NCBI GenBank assembly: GCA_902784285.1
Contig: CACZUL010000003.1
Span: 1-33,886 of the forward strand
Source: an uncultured Pseudomonadota bacterium
GTDB taxonomy: Bacteria > Pseudomonadota > Alphaproteobacteria > Rs-D84
Reading direction: 5' to 3'
DNA length: 33,886 nt
The notes below the pieces were generated by a model. It was given only the letters and a program-made list of their open reading frames with translations, did not search any database and was not told the origin of the DNA. Positions 1-9,514 of the stretch are shown in pieces (positions within the stretch are counted from its first letter, which is position 1; every line of letters begins with the position of its first letter). Made by a program: the position numbers and the translations under genes.

Positions 1-2
1 AT

Positions 3-353
3 TGGGTTGGTATAGATTACAAGGCAACCCAGACAAATTATGAAAAATTAACGGGCGTAAATATTGCATACGACCATTTAATCAAAAGTTTGGATGTGTT
101 GGCTAAAACCGGCAAACCGGCCGAGGTTCGCACAACATGCGATCCGCGATATGTGTCGCCCGATGATTTATTAAAAATTGCACACGATGTGGCGGCGCGC
201 GGATTCAAAAATTTTGCGGTGCAAAAATATGTTCCGCATTTTGAAGATACCGAACATGGCACCACGCCGGCAATGCGCAACGCATTTTTTAATGATGAGA
301 AATTGCGTGACGAGATAAATTCACTTTTTGAAACCGTAATTTGGCGGGAATAA
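3..353 (+). CDS. Anaerobic ribonucleoside-triphosphate reductase activating protein (radical SAM), 3' part
   Basis: Frame is open from the window edge: WVGIDYKA...SLDVLAKTGKPAEVRTTCDP...FAVQKY, typical of the C-terminal half of NrdG-like activases. Confidence 0.7.
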   Translation, partial: WVGIDYKATQTNYEKLTGVNIAYDHLIKSLDVLAKTGKPAEVRTTCDPRYVSPDDLLKIAHDVAARGFKNFAVQKYVPHFEDTEHGTTPAMRNAFFNDEKLRDEINSLFETVIWRE

Positions 354-355
354 TT

Positions 356-667
356 TTACATTTCATAAATAAATAGCTTATGTGGCAATTTAGTACCATG
401 CCAAATGGTACGACCATATTTTGATAGGTCAACAATTCTTGTAGGACGCATTTTAGTAATTGGGGCATCCAGTGTAATTAAAACCCGGAATTTTTTTGTT
501 GCTGATACCAATTTATCGTTCATTCCGGGTCCCAGGTAGGCAACACCAATATCTGCGCGTCTGCGCATATTATAAATATATTTGAATGCATCAGCAAAAA
601 CTGCGCGACAATTATGAGTACTGGTTATAAAATTTGATATCTTTAACACGGCAAAAGAAAATGGCAT
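356..667 (-). CDS. Hypothetical protein (103 aa)
   Basis: ORF packed in a minus-strand gene run; no recognised motif. Confidence 0.45.
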   Translation of the reverse strand: MPFSFAVLKISNFITSTHNCRAVFADAFKYIYNMRRRADIGVAYLGPGMNDKLVSATKKFRVLITLDAPITKMRPTRIVDLSKYGRTIWHGTKLPHKLFIYEM

Positions 668-671
668 ATTT

Positions 672-944
672 TCAACTGCATAAACCGTTGTATCGGTGTT
701 TTTGGCAATTTTGCGCGCGAATCCACCATATCCTGCACCAATTTCTACAACATTTTTTATTTTTTGCCCAAGGATAATTATTTCTTATTTCATGTATGAC
801 GGCCTGTCTTACTGGTTCCGGCGATACTGCAAATATAATTTGGTGAAACACAAATGTGCAAAGTATGCGTTCAATATTTTGAATTGCTTTATAAAGAACG
901 AACATACCAAGCAATACACATAAAATTATAAGAATTGTTTTCAT
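672..944 (-). CDS. Hypothetical membrane-anchored protein (~90 aa)
   Basis: Likely start MKTILIILCVLLG with an N-terminal hydrophobic helix; Cys/Trp-rich C-terminus. Confidence 0.5.
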   Translation of the reverse strand: MKTILIILCVLLGMFVLYKAIQNIERILCTFVFHQIIFAVSPEPVRQAVIHEIRNNYPWAKNKKCCRNWCRIWWIRAQNCQKHRYNGLCS

Positions 945-969
945 ATTTAAAACTTTATATTTGAAAATA

Positions 970-2244
970 TCATTTTTTACCGATGGATTGAAACATAGGT
1001 TTAATACATTCATATTGGGGGGCGGAGTTCTCTTCTACAATACCTGAACGCCTAACATGCTTGATGGTATGTTGAAAAGCAGAAGCACAAAACATATTAC
1101 AATCAAGACGGTCGGCATCCATTATCACATTACACAAAACCCATTTAGATTGTTCCGGATAAAGCATTTTACACCAACAGTCCGTCGCACCAAATTCTTG
1201 ATGAATTATGTTTGATCTGATCAAACCAAATCGGGTACCCCATGTACCATCTTGATTGTGTCCCCGATCATCTTCAAAATCTTGTGCCGCAGCTATACCT
1301 CTTATTTGTTTTACACCAGGATACTCACATTGAAATTCATCGCTATTCATCCAGTCGAAGCCACCAGCACTCCATCCATTTTCATTATAATCTATCCATG
1401 GCTTTGTCTTAAATCTTCCAATGTTTTTCCAATCAAACTCACATGGTTTGAATTCATCAATCAACGCATCTCCAATTACCCGTTCATCACTTGTATTCGC
1501 ATTTGAACCGTTTAGTTTTACAACACTAAACATCGCGGCGCGCATGGGTTCGGCACGCAGTGCGGACAAACATTCCAACGCGCACGAACGTTCGCATCCG
1601 CCCGCCATTGTGTCGCCACTTTTGTTATACACCCATGGGCTTTCTTCGGGCCCCGTCATTTTGCACCAACAATGTTCACCGCTGTTTTCATTCAGTGTGT
1701 AATTCTTATTCGCATCAATTGTATATGGTGTGCCCGCGTCCGCCGTGCATGCACTTACTCCGCGAATATATTTTGTTTGTGGGTATTGTTTTATAAATTT
1801 GGAATCTTTCATCCAGCCAAACGTCATCGCCCATTCGCCGGCCACAAGTCCCGGATTTTTATGGTATCCATCGCCACTACTGTAAGTTTGTAATCGTATC
1901 GGTTCCGGGTCCACCGATACATAGTCTGCCCAGTAAAACGGTTTTAATGTGTCATCACCCATTGCGGTAATTAAATCATTGATAAAGTTCCGGCATTTTG
2001 CGTTATCCAATTTCCCAACACCGCAAACCGTAATCAAATCTGCAATGGAAACATTGCCTTTATCATCCATAACCTCTACATACTTGTTTGCAACATCCAG
2101 TTGCAAGTTTTGCGGAAAAGTATTTTTGATAACATTGATCAGTGTTTCTGAATTGAAATAAAGGACTTTATCATTTAGCCCAAACCCATCCGCGTATGCT
2201 GGCATCAATAATACCACCGACAAAAATGCAATTAATCGTTTCAT
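970..2244 (-). CDS. Secreted Cys-rich protein with two CWCKM..P..S.WV..C..C repeats
   Basis: Signal peptide MKRLIAFLSVVLLMPAYA; duplicated IRG(V/I)..., CWCKM and SxWV motifs. Confidence 0.8.
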   Translation of the reverse strand: MKRLIAFLSVVLLMPAYADGFGLNDKVLYFNSETLINVIKNTFPQNLQLDVANKYVEVMDDKGNVSIADLITVCGVGKLDNAKCRNFINDLITAMGDDTLKPFYWADYVSVDPEPIRLQTYSSGDGYHKNPGLVAGEWAMTFGWMKDSKFIKQYPQTKYIRGVSACTADAGTPYTIDANKNYTLNENSGEHCWCKMTGPEESPWVYNKSGDTMAGGCERSCALECLSALRAEPMRAAMFSVVKLNGSNANTSDERVIGDALIDEFKPCEFDWKNIGRFKTKPWIDYNENGWSAGGFDWMNSDEFQCEYPGVKQIRGIAAAQDFEDDRGHNQDGTWGTRFGLIRSNIIHQEFGATDCWCKMLYPEQSKWVLCNVIMDADRLDCNMFCASAFQHTIKHVRRSGIVEENSAPQYECIKPMFQSIGKK

Positions 2245-3137
2245 TGTAATGTCCCTTCACATTCATCGGCAATTTTCACAATCTTTTTCACCGCAGCAAT
2301 TTGTGTTGCGTTGAATATGGTCGCAACACCACCAGCCACCGCCGTCCCGCCCGCCAAGACATTTGATGCAGTGTTTAAATTTTTTTCTTTTTGTTCATCG
2401 CCGGCCCTGACGCCATCGGAATTTGCGGATGCCGAAGTAATTGTTCCAACCGCGCCGGTCGTTGCACCAACAATGCTGGAAATCATAGCGCCACGCGCAC
2501 GGTTGTTTATTACAGATAAATCGGCATATTTCCATTCGCCACATGCGGCCGCGATCTTGCTGGCGCGTGATGTGTCAAGTTTATCAATTTGCGCCTGGGC
2601 GATCGCAGATTTTAATGCATCCACAGATTTTATGCATTCGCCTATGCGTAATTGTAAATCATCGTCAACCCGGTTGTTGCCGGCAATAACCGCGCCCGCC
2701 ACATTTGTAACGGTTGCACCACCCATAAGACCCGTACGCCAATGCCCCAATGCCTTGGATTTTTTGGACAGTGTATCTGAATCTGATTGGCTGTTTGTGG
2801 ATGTTATATGTTTATCATATACATTTAATGCTTCATCTGCCGTTGGATTTTTTGGCGGATTTTTTGCTCCTTCATCAACCCGTGCCAATATTTCACGTAA
2901 TTCTTTGTCCACAGAACTTTTTACAATTCCAACGATTGTTGCGCCCGTGGCCGCGGCCGTACCAACACCAGTGATTGCGGTATTTATTCCGGCCATGCGC
3001 TTTAAATCGGATAATTCGGCGGATATGTCGGAACATTTGGATATTGTATTATTTATTGCATTATCAAAATCATTGGCGTATGCATTCACCGCCAATCCAG
3101 ACAATAAAATAAATACAAAATATCCCGATTTAAACAT
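2241..3137 (-). CDS. Secreted/membrane protein with duplicated Gly/Ala/Thr-rich hydrophobic helical hairpins
   Basis: Signal peptide ending AVNAYA; four G/A/T-rich segments; 4-bp overlap with the downstream gene; TTGCTA-17-TAAAAT promoter upstream. Confidence 0.8.
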   Translation of the reverse strand: MFKSGYFVFILLSGLAVNAYANDFDNAINNTISKCSDISAELSDLKRMAGINTAITGVGTAAATGATIVGIVKSSVDKELREILARVDEGAKNPPKNPTADEALNVYDKHITSTNSQSDSDTLSKKSKALGHWRTGLMGGATVTNVAGAVIAGNNRVDDDLQLRIGECIKSVDALKSAIAQAQIDKLDTSRASKIAAACGEWKYADLSVINNRARGAMISSIVGATTGAVGTITSASANSDGVRAGDEQKEKNLNTASNVLAGGTAVAGGVATIFNATQIAAVKKIVKIADECEGTLQ

Positions 3138-3257
3138 ACCAACACCTATGCCCCAATTTTATCACATTTGTGGTGTGTTAGCAAGTCGCGGCAAGGCATA
3201 ATTACTATTTTATTTGCGTTTTTGAAAAAAATACTATATGATACAGACCACAGTTTA

Positions 3258-3347
3258 GGATGGTTGGCAGAGCGGTCGAATGCGGCGGTCTTGAAAACCG
3301 TTGACGGGGCAACCCGTCCGGGGGTTCGAATCCCTCACCATCCGCCA
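3258..3347 (+). tRNA. tRNA-Ser(TGA)
   Basis: GGATGGTT acceptor stem, CTTGAAA anticodon loop, long variable arm, GTTCGAATCC T-arm, encoded CCA; TTGCGT-17-TATGAT promoter upstream. Confidence 0.97.
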
Positions 3348-3540
3348 CAAAAATCAAACACCCAGATGGGTGTTTCATTTTTGTTGTGATAGGCATCGGG
3401 TTGGACACTGCAACAAAGTTGCCGGGTTCGGAACAAGCGCACAAGGTGCGCGCAGTGAAAGGGGCCCGCGAACGAAGTTCGTGGGAATTACAATCCCTCA
3501 CCATCCGCCACAAAAAACTAAACACCCAAATGGGTGTTTT
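3329..3540 (+). repeat. tRNA-linked repeat: duplicated tRNA 3' end (AATCCCTCACCATCCGCCA) plus AAACACCC-N-GGGTGTTT hairpin
   Basis: 3329-3347 is repeated at 3492-3510; each copy is followed by the same hairpin. Confidence 0.85.
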
Positions 3541-3594
3541 TTTGTTTTATTTTTCTTTCTATTTTAGTATCATACATTTGGCAAAGGAGAATTT

Positions 3595-4197
3595 ATGGAA
3601 CATCTGGATATTTATGATGAATATATGAATAAAATCGGCACCGAGACCAGAGACATAGTTCATCAAAATGGTTTATGGCACAAGACGGTTCATTGTTGGA
3701 TGTATGACGATAATGGTAATATTTATTTTCAAATTCGCGCAGATTCAAATAAATTATATACAACTGCATCTGGACATGTTTTGTCGGGCGAAACTGTGCG
3801 CGATGCGTTTCGACGCGAAATACACGAAGAAATAGGACTGGATATGGATGTGTCCTGTGCAATTCCTTTGGAAGTTGTATTTTGGCGGCAAGATAAACCA
3901 CAGAAAAATTGGCACGATCGTGCGTTTGCACATATTTACGCGAATAAATTACCGACTGAATTCACAGATTTTCATTTTCAACCAGACGAAGTTACTGGAT
4001 TAGTTCGTATAAACGCGCAAGAATGCTTAGATTTGTTGATGGATAAAAGGGCTTCTGTTTATGCGACAAAAATTACAGCCAATGCATCGACGGATATAGA
4101 TATTACAAAAAACGATTTTCTTGTTGCGTCTGACGAAAAACCTATAGTTAAATACGGTTTTGTATTACAGAGTATTATTCAACACTTGCATATTTAG
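3595..4197 (+). CDS. NUDIX hydrolase (isopentenyl-diphosphate isomerase type I-like)
   Basis: VHQNGLWHKTVHCW and Nudix box GHVLSGETVRDAFRREIHEEIGL; AAGGAG SD. Confidence 0.9.
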   Translation: MEHLDIYDEYMNKIGTETRDIVHQNGLWHKTVHCWMYDDNGNIYFQIRADSNKLYTTASGHVLSGETVRDAFRREIHEEIGLDMDVSCAIPLEVVFWRQDKPQKNWHDRAFAHIYANKLPTEFTDFHFQPDEVTGLVRINAQECLDLLMDKRASVYATKITANASTDIDITKNDFLVASDEKPIVKYGFVLQSIIQHLHI

Positions 4198-4226
4198 GTA
4201 TTGGAAAGTTTGCAACAGAATTCTAG

Positions 4227-4305
4227 TCCGCCACAAAAATCAAACACCCAGATGGGTGTTTCATTTTTGTCGTGATAGGCATCGGGTTGGACGCTGTAAC
4301 GAAGT
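4227..4305 (+). repeat. Third, partial copy of the tRNA-Ser 3' end/hairpin repeat (~79 bp, near-identical to 3341-3419)
   Basis: TCCGCCACAAAAATCAAACACCCAGATGGGTGTTTCATTTTTGT.GTGATAGGCATCGGGTTGGAC. Confidence 0.9.
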
Positions 4306-4363
4306 AATTTTTACAATTTTCTATCAAAATATTGACAATTATATATTTTTGTGCAGTATCAAC

Positions 4364-4969
4364 ATGCTGCGGCATGAAATTACTTCTGTTGAACCCATGA
4401 TTTTGGCGAAACCGCAATTAAAGGGAATTGCAAAAGACCAGCAAATGGTTTTTATGGATTGGACCAATTTAAAAAATATTGGTGCGGCATACGATTATAT
4501 CTTGAAACACAAAAAAACAACAATAGATAGGTATCAAATAAGCGAAATACAAAAATTACTGGCGAAAAATACTGATGTTCGTCCCGGCTATCGTATAAGT
4601 ATGACCATGGTGTTGGGTAAATATGCACCATCCATTGAACAGATTTATTATAAAATGGAAGAAATAGAATATCATTTACATGACGCGACATACCCCGTTT
4701 TGACACGTGCATTTGATACTCATTTTGATATTATAATGGCCCAACCATATAATGATTATAATAAACGTACCGCGCGTTTAATAATGAATTGGTTTTTGAT
4801 ACAGAATGGTTACCGTCCTATAATCTTTAACAAGAAAACAGATGCGACAGCGTATCCAAACGCGTTACATGCCCGCATTGACGGCAACCGCCGTGCATAC
4901 ACAAATTATATGGAACGCAGTATGTTGCACACCCAACAGCAAATCATAAACCTGTTAAATTCGCATTAA
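4364..4969 (+). CDS. Fic/Doc family protein with degenerate catalytic motif
   Basis: QPYNDYNKRTARLIMNWFLIQNGYRP resembles HPFxDGNGRxxRL.MN..L...GYPP; TTGACA upstream. Confidence 0.8.
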   Translation: MLRHEITSVEPMILAKPQLKGIAKDQQMVFMDWTNLKNIGAAYDYILKHKKTTIDRYQISEIQKLLAKNTDVRPGYRISMTMVLGKYAPSIEQIYYKMEEIEYHLHDATYPVLTRAFDTHFDIIMAQPYNDYNKRTARLIMNWFLIQNGYRPIIFNKKTDATAYPNALHARIDGNRRAYTNYMERSMLHTQQQIINLLNSH

Positions 4970-5037
4970 CTTCCATTAAAAAATTGACAAACTAAAATAT
5001 TTTGCTATGTTTTGACTGATATTATAAAGGGTGAAAA

Positions 5038-5775
5038 ATGGAAGTTTTAGCACATGTTTATTATACATTGGATGCCACAGATTTAGTTTTGCCATCAGAT
5101 ATGAAAAACAGGGAAGAACGTGGTTGGGCATTAAAAAATATTCCGGCCGCGGTTGATCAACGTGATAATCCTTTTGATGCATGTTTTGTTATGAGTCGGG
5201 AAGAAAAGCAGAAAACAACACGTGAACTGGTTACGGCGGTTCAAAATTTCTGTCGCAATTTGCATGATATGTCCGATGATTACACTGTGGGTCAATATGT
5301 TAGGCCGACATATGAAATAAAAATGTCCAGAAATGCGATGGTTCATATATTTGATAGTCATCTGGGCGGAGTTAATTCTTCCAACACAATGAAGTTGCGT
5401 GCGGTCAACGATGGTATATTTGGATTTATTTATAATCGGGCAAATAAATTAATCTATAAATCAAATATTCGCCAGATTTTAGGTCAAGATTTCAAATACA
5501 TTCATTCCTTAGGTCTTTATGGTTATACAGAATATACGCAATATAACCAAGAATCAAAGTTAAAGCCAAATATCCCATTGTATGTATGCAAATATAACGA
5601 TGAAGAGGTCTATGTTAAAGAAATTGCAGGTAATACAATCATTGTTAATGATAAATTATGTGAAATTTATCCAAAAGTGACGGGACATATACCCGCACAT
5701 ATGTCGCACTTGTTCAATAACAAGACAGAACCAGTATTGCGCGCATATCGTAAAGGTTGGACGCGTCATCGTTAA
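5038..5775 (+). CDS. Hypothetical protein (245 aa)
   Basis: Long ORF with an AAGGG SD-like site and a downstream hairpin. Confidence 0.75.
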   Translation: MEVLAHVYYTLDATDLVLPSDMKNREERGWALKNIPAAVDQRDNPFDACFVMSREEKQKTTRELVTAVQNFCRNLHDMSDDYTVGQYVRPTYEIKMSRNAMVHIFDSHLGGVNSSNTMKLRAVNDGIFGFIYNRANKLIYKSNIRQILGQDFKYIHSLGLYGYTEYTQYNQESKLKPNIPLYVCKYNDEEVYVKEIAGNTIIVNDKLCEIYPKVTGHIPAHMSHLFNNKTEPVLRAYRKGWTRHR

Positions 5776-5790
5776 TTTGAATATATCTAA

Positions 5791-5858
5791 AATAAAAAAC
5801 GCCCAAACGGATCCAACAAAATTGAAAGATTTTGTTGATGATTCGCGGGCGTTTTATT
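5791..5858. terminator. Long bidirectional hairpin between convergent genes
   Basis: AAAAAACGCCC...CAACAAAAT/ATTTTGTTG...GGGCGTTTT. Confidence 0.65.
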
Positions 5859-6682
5859 TATTTCAATTTTGCTTGAAGTTTCTCAACCAATGTATTTAAA
5901 CTATCGCGTTTGTGTTGAAAGTTTGCAATTGTTTGAGAAATCAAGAACCCGTTGCTTTGAATTTTATTATTCAATTCTGTAATATTATTTTTGTTACGTA
6001 TGTATTCATCGCGCATCACGGCATTTTCCGAAATTTCAAAGTTCGGTTCGTTATCATTAAAATCAGAATAAGCATGACTTAATTCTTCCAGGTATGATTC
6101 ATACAATTTTTGTTGACGGGCATCGTTAAAGAAACACAAGAAACCTTCATGAACAATCATGTCCAATGGGGCAAATTTTTCCGCCGGAATGTTCGTCACC
6201 TGTATAACATATTGAAATTGAGATAATGTAGAACGTGAATTGAAAGGCGTAAATTTCTTGACGGTGTTGTATGTATCTTGGCTGGTAATTTTATCTTTAC
6301 GCACATATGGCATAACCGTACGATTTAATTGAGCAATTTGGGTTGCGTTCATAAAGCGGCCCATCGGATACTTTTTATTTATGCGTTCTGTATATTTATT
6401 TTGGGCATTACAAAATATTTGAACATTACGATTGCGCAAAGAATCCAATGTTTTTTGCATTTGTTTGTTTTCTTTAAATTCGTCCGCGTTGACCATATAT
6501 GTGTGCAATGCCTTATCATTGTTCCGAATTTCGGTGTTAAGGCGAGCAATTTTACGACTGGTGTTTTTACGAATCATAGGTTGTGATAAAGTCGCAACCC
6601 CGATCCCAATTACGGCGAGAATCACTGTGTAAAGTGCTAAATTACTTAAATTCGGAAATTTTGAAAAAAACTTTTTATTCAT
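5858..6682 (-). CDS. Hypothetical single-TM coiled-coil protein (274 aa)
   Basis: N-terminal TM LALYTVILAVIGIGVATL; GAGG SD. Confidence 0.75.
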   Translation of the reverse strand: MNKKFFSKFPNLSNLALYTVILAVIGIGVATLSQPMIRKNTSRKIARLNTEIRNNDKALHTYMVNADEFKENKQMQKTLDSLRNRNVQIFCNAQNKYTERINKKYPMGRFMNATQIAQLNRTVMPYVRKDKITSQDTYNTVKKFTPFNSRSTLSQFQYVIQVTNIPAEKFAPLDMIVHEGFLCFFNDARQQKLYESYLEELSHAYSDFNDNEPNFEISENAVMRDEYIRNKNNITELNNKIQSNGFLISQTIANFQHKRDSLNTLVEKLQAKLK

Positions 6683-6733
6683 ATTAAAACCTCTTACTAA
6701 TACTTATAGCATAAAAAAATAAAACAGCAACAT

Positions 6734-6763
6734 AAACCCACGAAATATCATTTTCGTGGGTTT
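6734..6763 (-). terminator. Intrinsic terminator after gap
   Basis: AAACCCACGAAA-loop-TTTCGTGGGTTT inverted repeat. Confidence 0.7.
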
Positions 6764-6780
6764 GTGCTTATTTATATAGA

Positions 6781-7779
6781 TTATATCAATTTACCCATGG
6801 CAACGGCTGTATCACTCATGCGGTTAGAAAATCCCCACTCGTTGTCATACCAGGCGGTTACATGAACCAATTTGTCGTTCAATACGCGCGTTTGGGTCGC
6901 ATCAAACACAGAACTGTGCGCATCATGCGTAAAGTCAATTGATACCAATGGTAATTCATTATAACCAAATGTATCTGATACATTTGCGCGCATCGCAGCA
7001 TTTACTTTTTCAACCGTTACAGATTTTTCTGTGTTCACCACCAATTCAACAACCGAAACATCTGGGGTTGGAACACGGATTGCGATGCCGTCCAATTTGC
7101 CGGCTAATTTCGGCAAAACCAAACCGATTGCTTTGGCGGCGCCGGTACTGGTTGGAATCATAGACATACATGCGGCACGTGCGCGACGAAAATCTTTGTG
7201 ATTTTTGTCCAGCAATTGTTGGTCCCCGGTATAGGCATGAACAGTTGTCATCCATCCCGATGTAACACCAAATTTTTTATCCAAAACCGCAACCACCGGG
7301 GCAAGGCAATTTGTAGTGCACGATGCGTTGGAAACGATAATATCTTTTTTGGTTAATTTATCTTGGTTTACCCCGAATACGATGGTCTTATCTGCGCCCG
7401 CCGATGGTGCAGAAACCAAAACGCGTTTTGCACCGGCGTCAATGTGAACGCGTGCCTTGTCCGCCGCAGTAAAGATTCCGGTGCATTCCATAACTACATC
7501 AACACCCATCTTTTTCCATGGCAGTTTTGTCGGGTCTTTTTCAGATAAGCATTTTATTTTTTGATTTCCAACGATTATTGTATCGCCCTGCAATTTTACA
7601 TCCATTGGCAATTTTCCATGAACAGAATCATACTGTAACAAATATGCATTTTGTTCCGCCGGTGCCAAATCATTAACGGCGACAAATTCAATATCTTTGC
7701 GCCCCGATTCCAACGCAGCACGCAGAACCAAACGACCAATACGGCCAAATCCATTTATTGCGACTTTTACTTTTGACAT
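6781..7779 (-). CDS. gap: Type I glyceraldehyde-3-phosphate dehydrogenase
   Basis: VAINGFGRIGR, ASCTTNCL, WYDNEWG. Confidence 0.99.
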   Translation of the reverse strand: MSKVKVAINGFGRIGRLVLRAALESGRKDIEFVAVNDLAPAEQNAYLLQYDSVHGKLPMDVKLQGDTIIVGNQKIKCLSEKDPTKLPWKKMGVDVVMECTGIFTAADKARVHIDAGAKRVLVSAPSAGADKTIVFGVNQDKLTKKDIIVSNASCTTNCLAPVVAVLDKKFGVTSGWMTTVHAYTGDQQLLDKNHKDFRRARAACMSMIPTSTGAAKAIGLVLPKLAGKLDGIAIRVPTPDVSVVELVVNTEKSVTVEKVNAAMRANVSDTFGYNELPLVSIDFTHDAHSSVFDATQTRVLNDKLVHVTAWYDNEWGFSNRMSDTAVAMGKLI

Positions 7780-7867
7780 TTGTACCTTCCTTTTGTTTTT
7801 TGCATTTGTTTATGATAGCACCATTTATATAAAATTCCAATCTTAAATTTTTGCCTATGTGGCGGAC

Positions 7868-7896
7868 TTGAATTTCGGAATTTGTGCGTTTATAAT
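7868..7896 (+). promoter_or_regulatory. Sigma70-type promoter giving a leaderless miaA transcript
   Basis: TTGAAT-17-TATAAT, 6 nt before the ATG; no SD. Confidence 0.7.
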
Positions 7897-7902
7897 CGAA
7901 AT

Positions 7903-8787
7903 ATGAATAAATACAGCGCGTATATTATTACCGGACCAACCGCATCGGGCAAATCCGATTTTGCCCATCGTTTGGCACGACGGATTCATGGCGCAATCAT
8001 AAATTGCGATAGCGTGCAAATATACCGTGGTATAGAAAACATATCGGCCAGTCCTTTTGCTGAACGCGGCGTGTCCGATGAAATAGATGGTGTGCCTTAT
8101 CGTCTGTTTTCGATTTTAGGTTTGGATAAACAAATCAGTGTTGCGGACTATATCAAAATGGCGCGTGAACAATACGATGATTTAATTTCCCAAGGATATA
8201 TTCCGATTTTTGTGGGCGGCACAGGATACTATATTAACGGCATCATTAACGGTATATCTGAAATTCCAGAAATATCAGATGAAAATCGCCGTCGTGCGCG
8301 TGAATTGGTGGCGCGTGATATAAATGGCGCGCGTGCGATTGTCCCGGATTGTGGCGCAACAGATCCGCAACGTGTTGCCCGCGCATTAGAGGTTTTTTAC
8401 CAAACGGGACAACATTTATCAGAATGGCAAAAAAATCCGCGCGTGGGTGCAATAATCCCAACACCATACAGAATACTGATAAATCCACCAATTGATGAAT
8501 TACGCACTCGTATTGCCACGCGTATCCCAAAAATGATAGATGGTGGCGCATTGGATGAAGCGAAATATATAATTCAAAATAATTTTGATGCGCGCCGGGC
8601 CATTGGGGCAGAACAGTTATGCGCATACCTTGGTGGTAAAGTTTCGCACGATGTAGCGATTGAAAATTGGATTACAAAAACGAACCAATATGCAAAACGG
8701 CAAAGAACGTGGTTTAAAACACAATTCTTTGCCGATGTAACAATAAATCATGTCCCAACAGACAGTGATTTAGATTTGGTTATTTAA
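7903..8787 (+). CDS. miaA: tRNA dimethylallyltransferase
   Basis: GPTASGKS, INCDSVQIY, VGGTGYY, QYAKRQRTWF. Confidence 0.97.
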   Translation: MNKYSAYIITGPTASGKSDFAHRLARRIHGAIINCDSVQIYRGIENISASPFAERGVSDEIDGVPYRLFSILGLDKQISVADYIKMAREQYDDLISQGYIPIFVGGTGYYINGIINGISEIPEISDENRRRARELVARDINGARAIVPDCGATDPQRVARALEVFYQTGQHLSEWQKNPRVGAIIPTPYRILINPPIDELRTRIATRIPKMIDGGALDEAKYIIQNNFDARRAIGAEQLCAYLGGKVSHDVAIENWITKTNQYAKRQRTWFKTQFFADVTINHVPTDSDLDLVI

Positions 8788-9382
8788 TATGTTCGCCGAT
8801 TATACGTCGAAAATCTGCTTGATGTCTGCGTTGATATTCTTTAAGAGTATCGTAAACTGTTTCAATTATTGTTGTTTGGGTACCTGCGGTAATTGTAATT
8901 TTTTGTACGATTTTACCATCTGATTTTTTAGACAAATGTTTGTCGCATCGTTTGTTTGCTTGTTTGCGTGTCTTTTGCGGTTTTGTCGTGGTCGTTGCTT
9001 GTTTTTTTGCCTTGGCCTTGCTGTCAGATTTTCTTTTCTCGGATATTTTCAACCAAGCATCAAAAAAAGTATTTAATTGTTCACAGGCTTTTTTCTCATC
9101 GCCTTTTAATTCTGGGGCGCGTGCGACATAAACGGACAAATATCTCGCTATAAAGCGTAACATTTTTGCACGAAAATCATGATCTAATTCTGAATCAAGT
9201 AATGACATAAACAAGATAGACTGTGAGGTCAGTTCGTTTTCAATCTTTTTGTCATACCGGCGAAATTTACGCCATTTTTCACGTGTTTCGTCCACTGTCC
9301 AAAAACTGGTGTGGTTGGCGTGCATAAATTCTGCGATTTTATTCACATACGCTGTTTTCTCAACATTTAATCTTTTTGGCAT
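8780..9382 (-). CDS. Hypothetical basic protein (~200 aa)
   Basis: Start MPKRLNV preceded by an AAAGGA SD. Confidence 0.7.
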   Translation of the reverse strand: MPKRLNVEKTAYVNKIAEFMHANHTSFWTVDETREKWRKFRRYDKKIENELTSQSILFMSLLDSELDHDFRAKMLRFIARYLSVYVARAPELKGDEKKACEQLNTFFDAWLKISEKRKSDSKAKAKKQATTTTKPQKTRKQANKRCDKHLSKKSDGKIVQKITITAGTQTTIIETVYDTLKEYQRRHQADFRRIIGEHIK

Positions 9383-9514
9383 ATTATGTCCTTTTAGTTG
9401 GTTGCCTATGTGCAGATTGTAACACAATATTTTGTTTTGTCAATCTGCAAAATGCTTTATTTTGTTGTTATAAATGATATTGAAAAAAAGAAAAAATATG
9501 GGTACGTTATAATT

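Noticed and set aside
2311-3201. 296-aa plus-strand ORF
   Set aside because: Antisense shadow of the 298-aa signal-peptide gene; no SD or motif.
3329-4305. Possible CRISPR array
   Set aside because: Only three irregularly spaced, tRNA-derived repeats; no cas genes.
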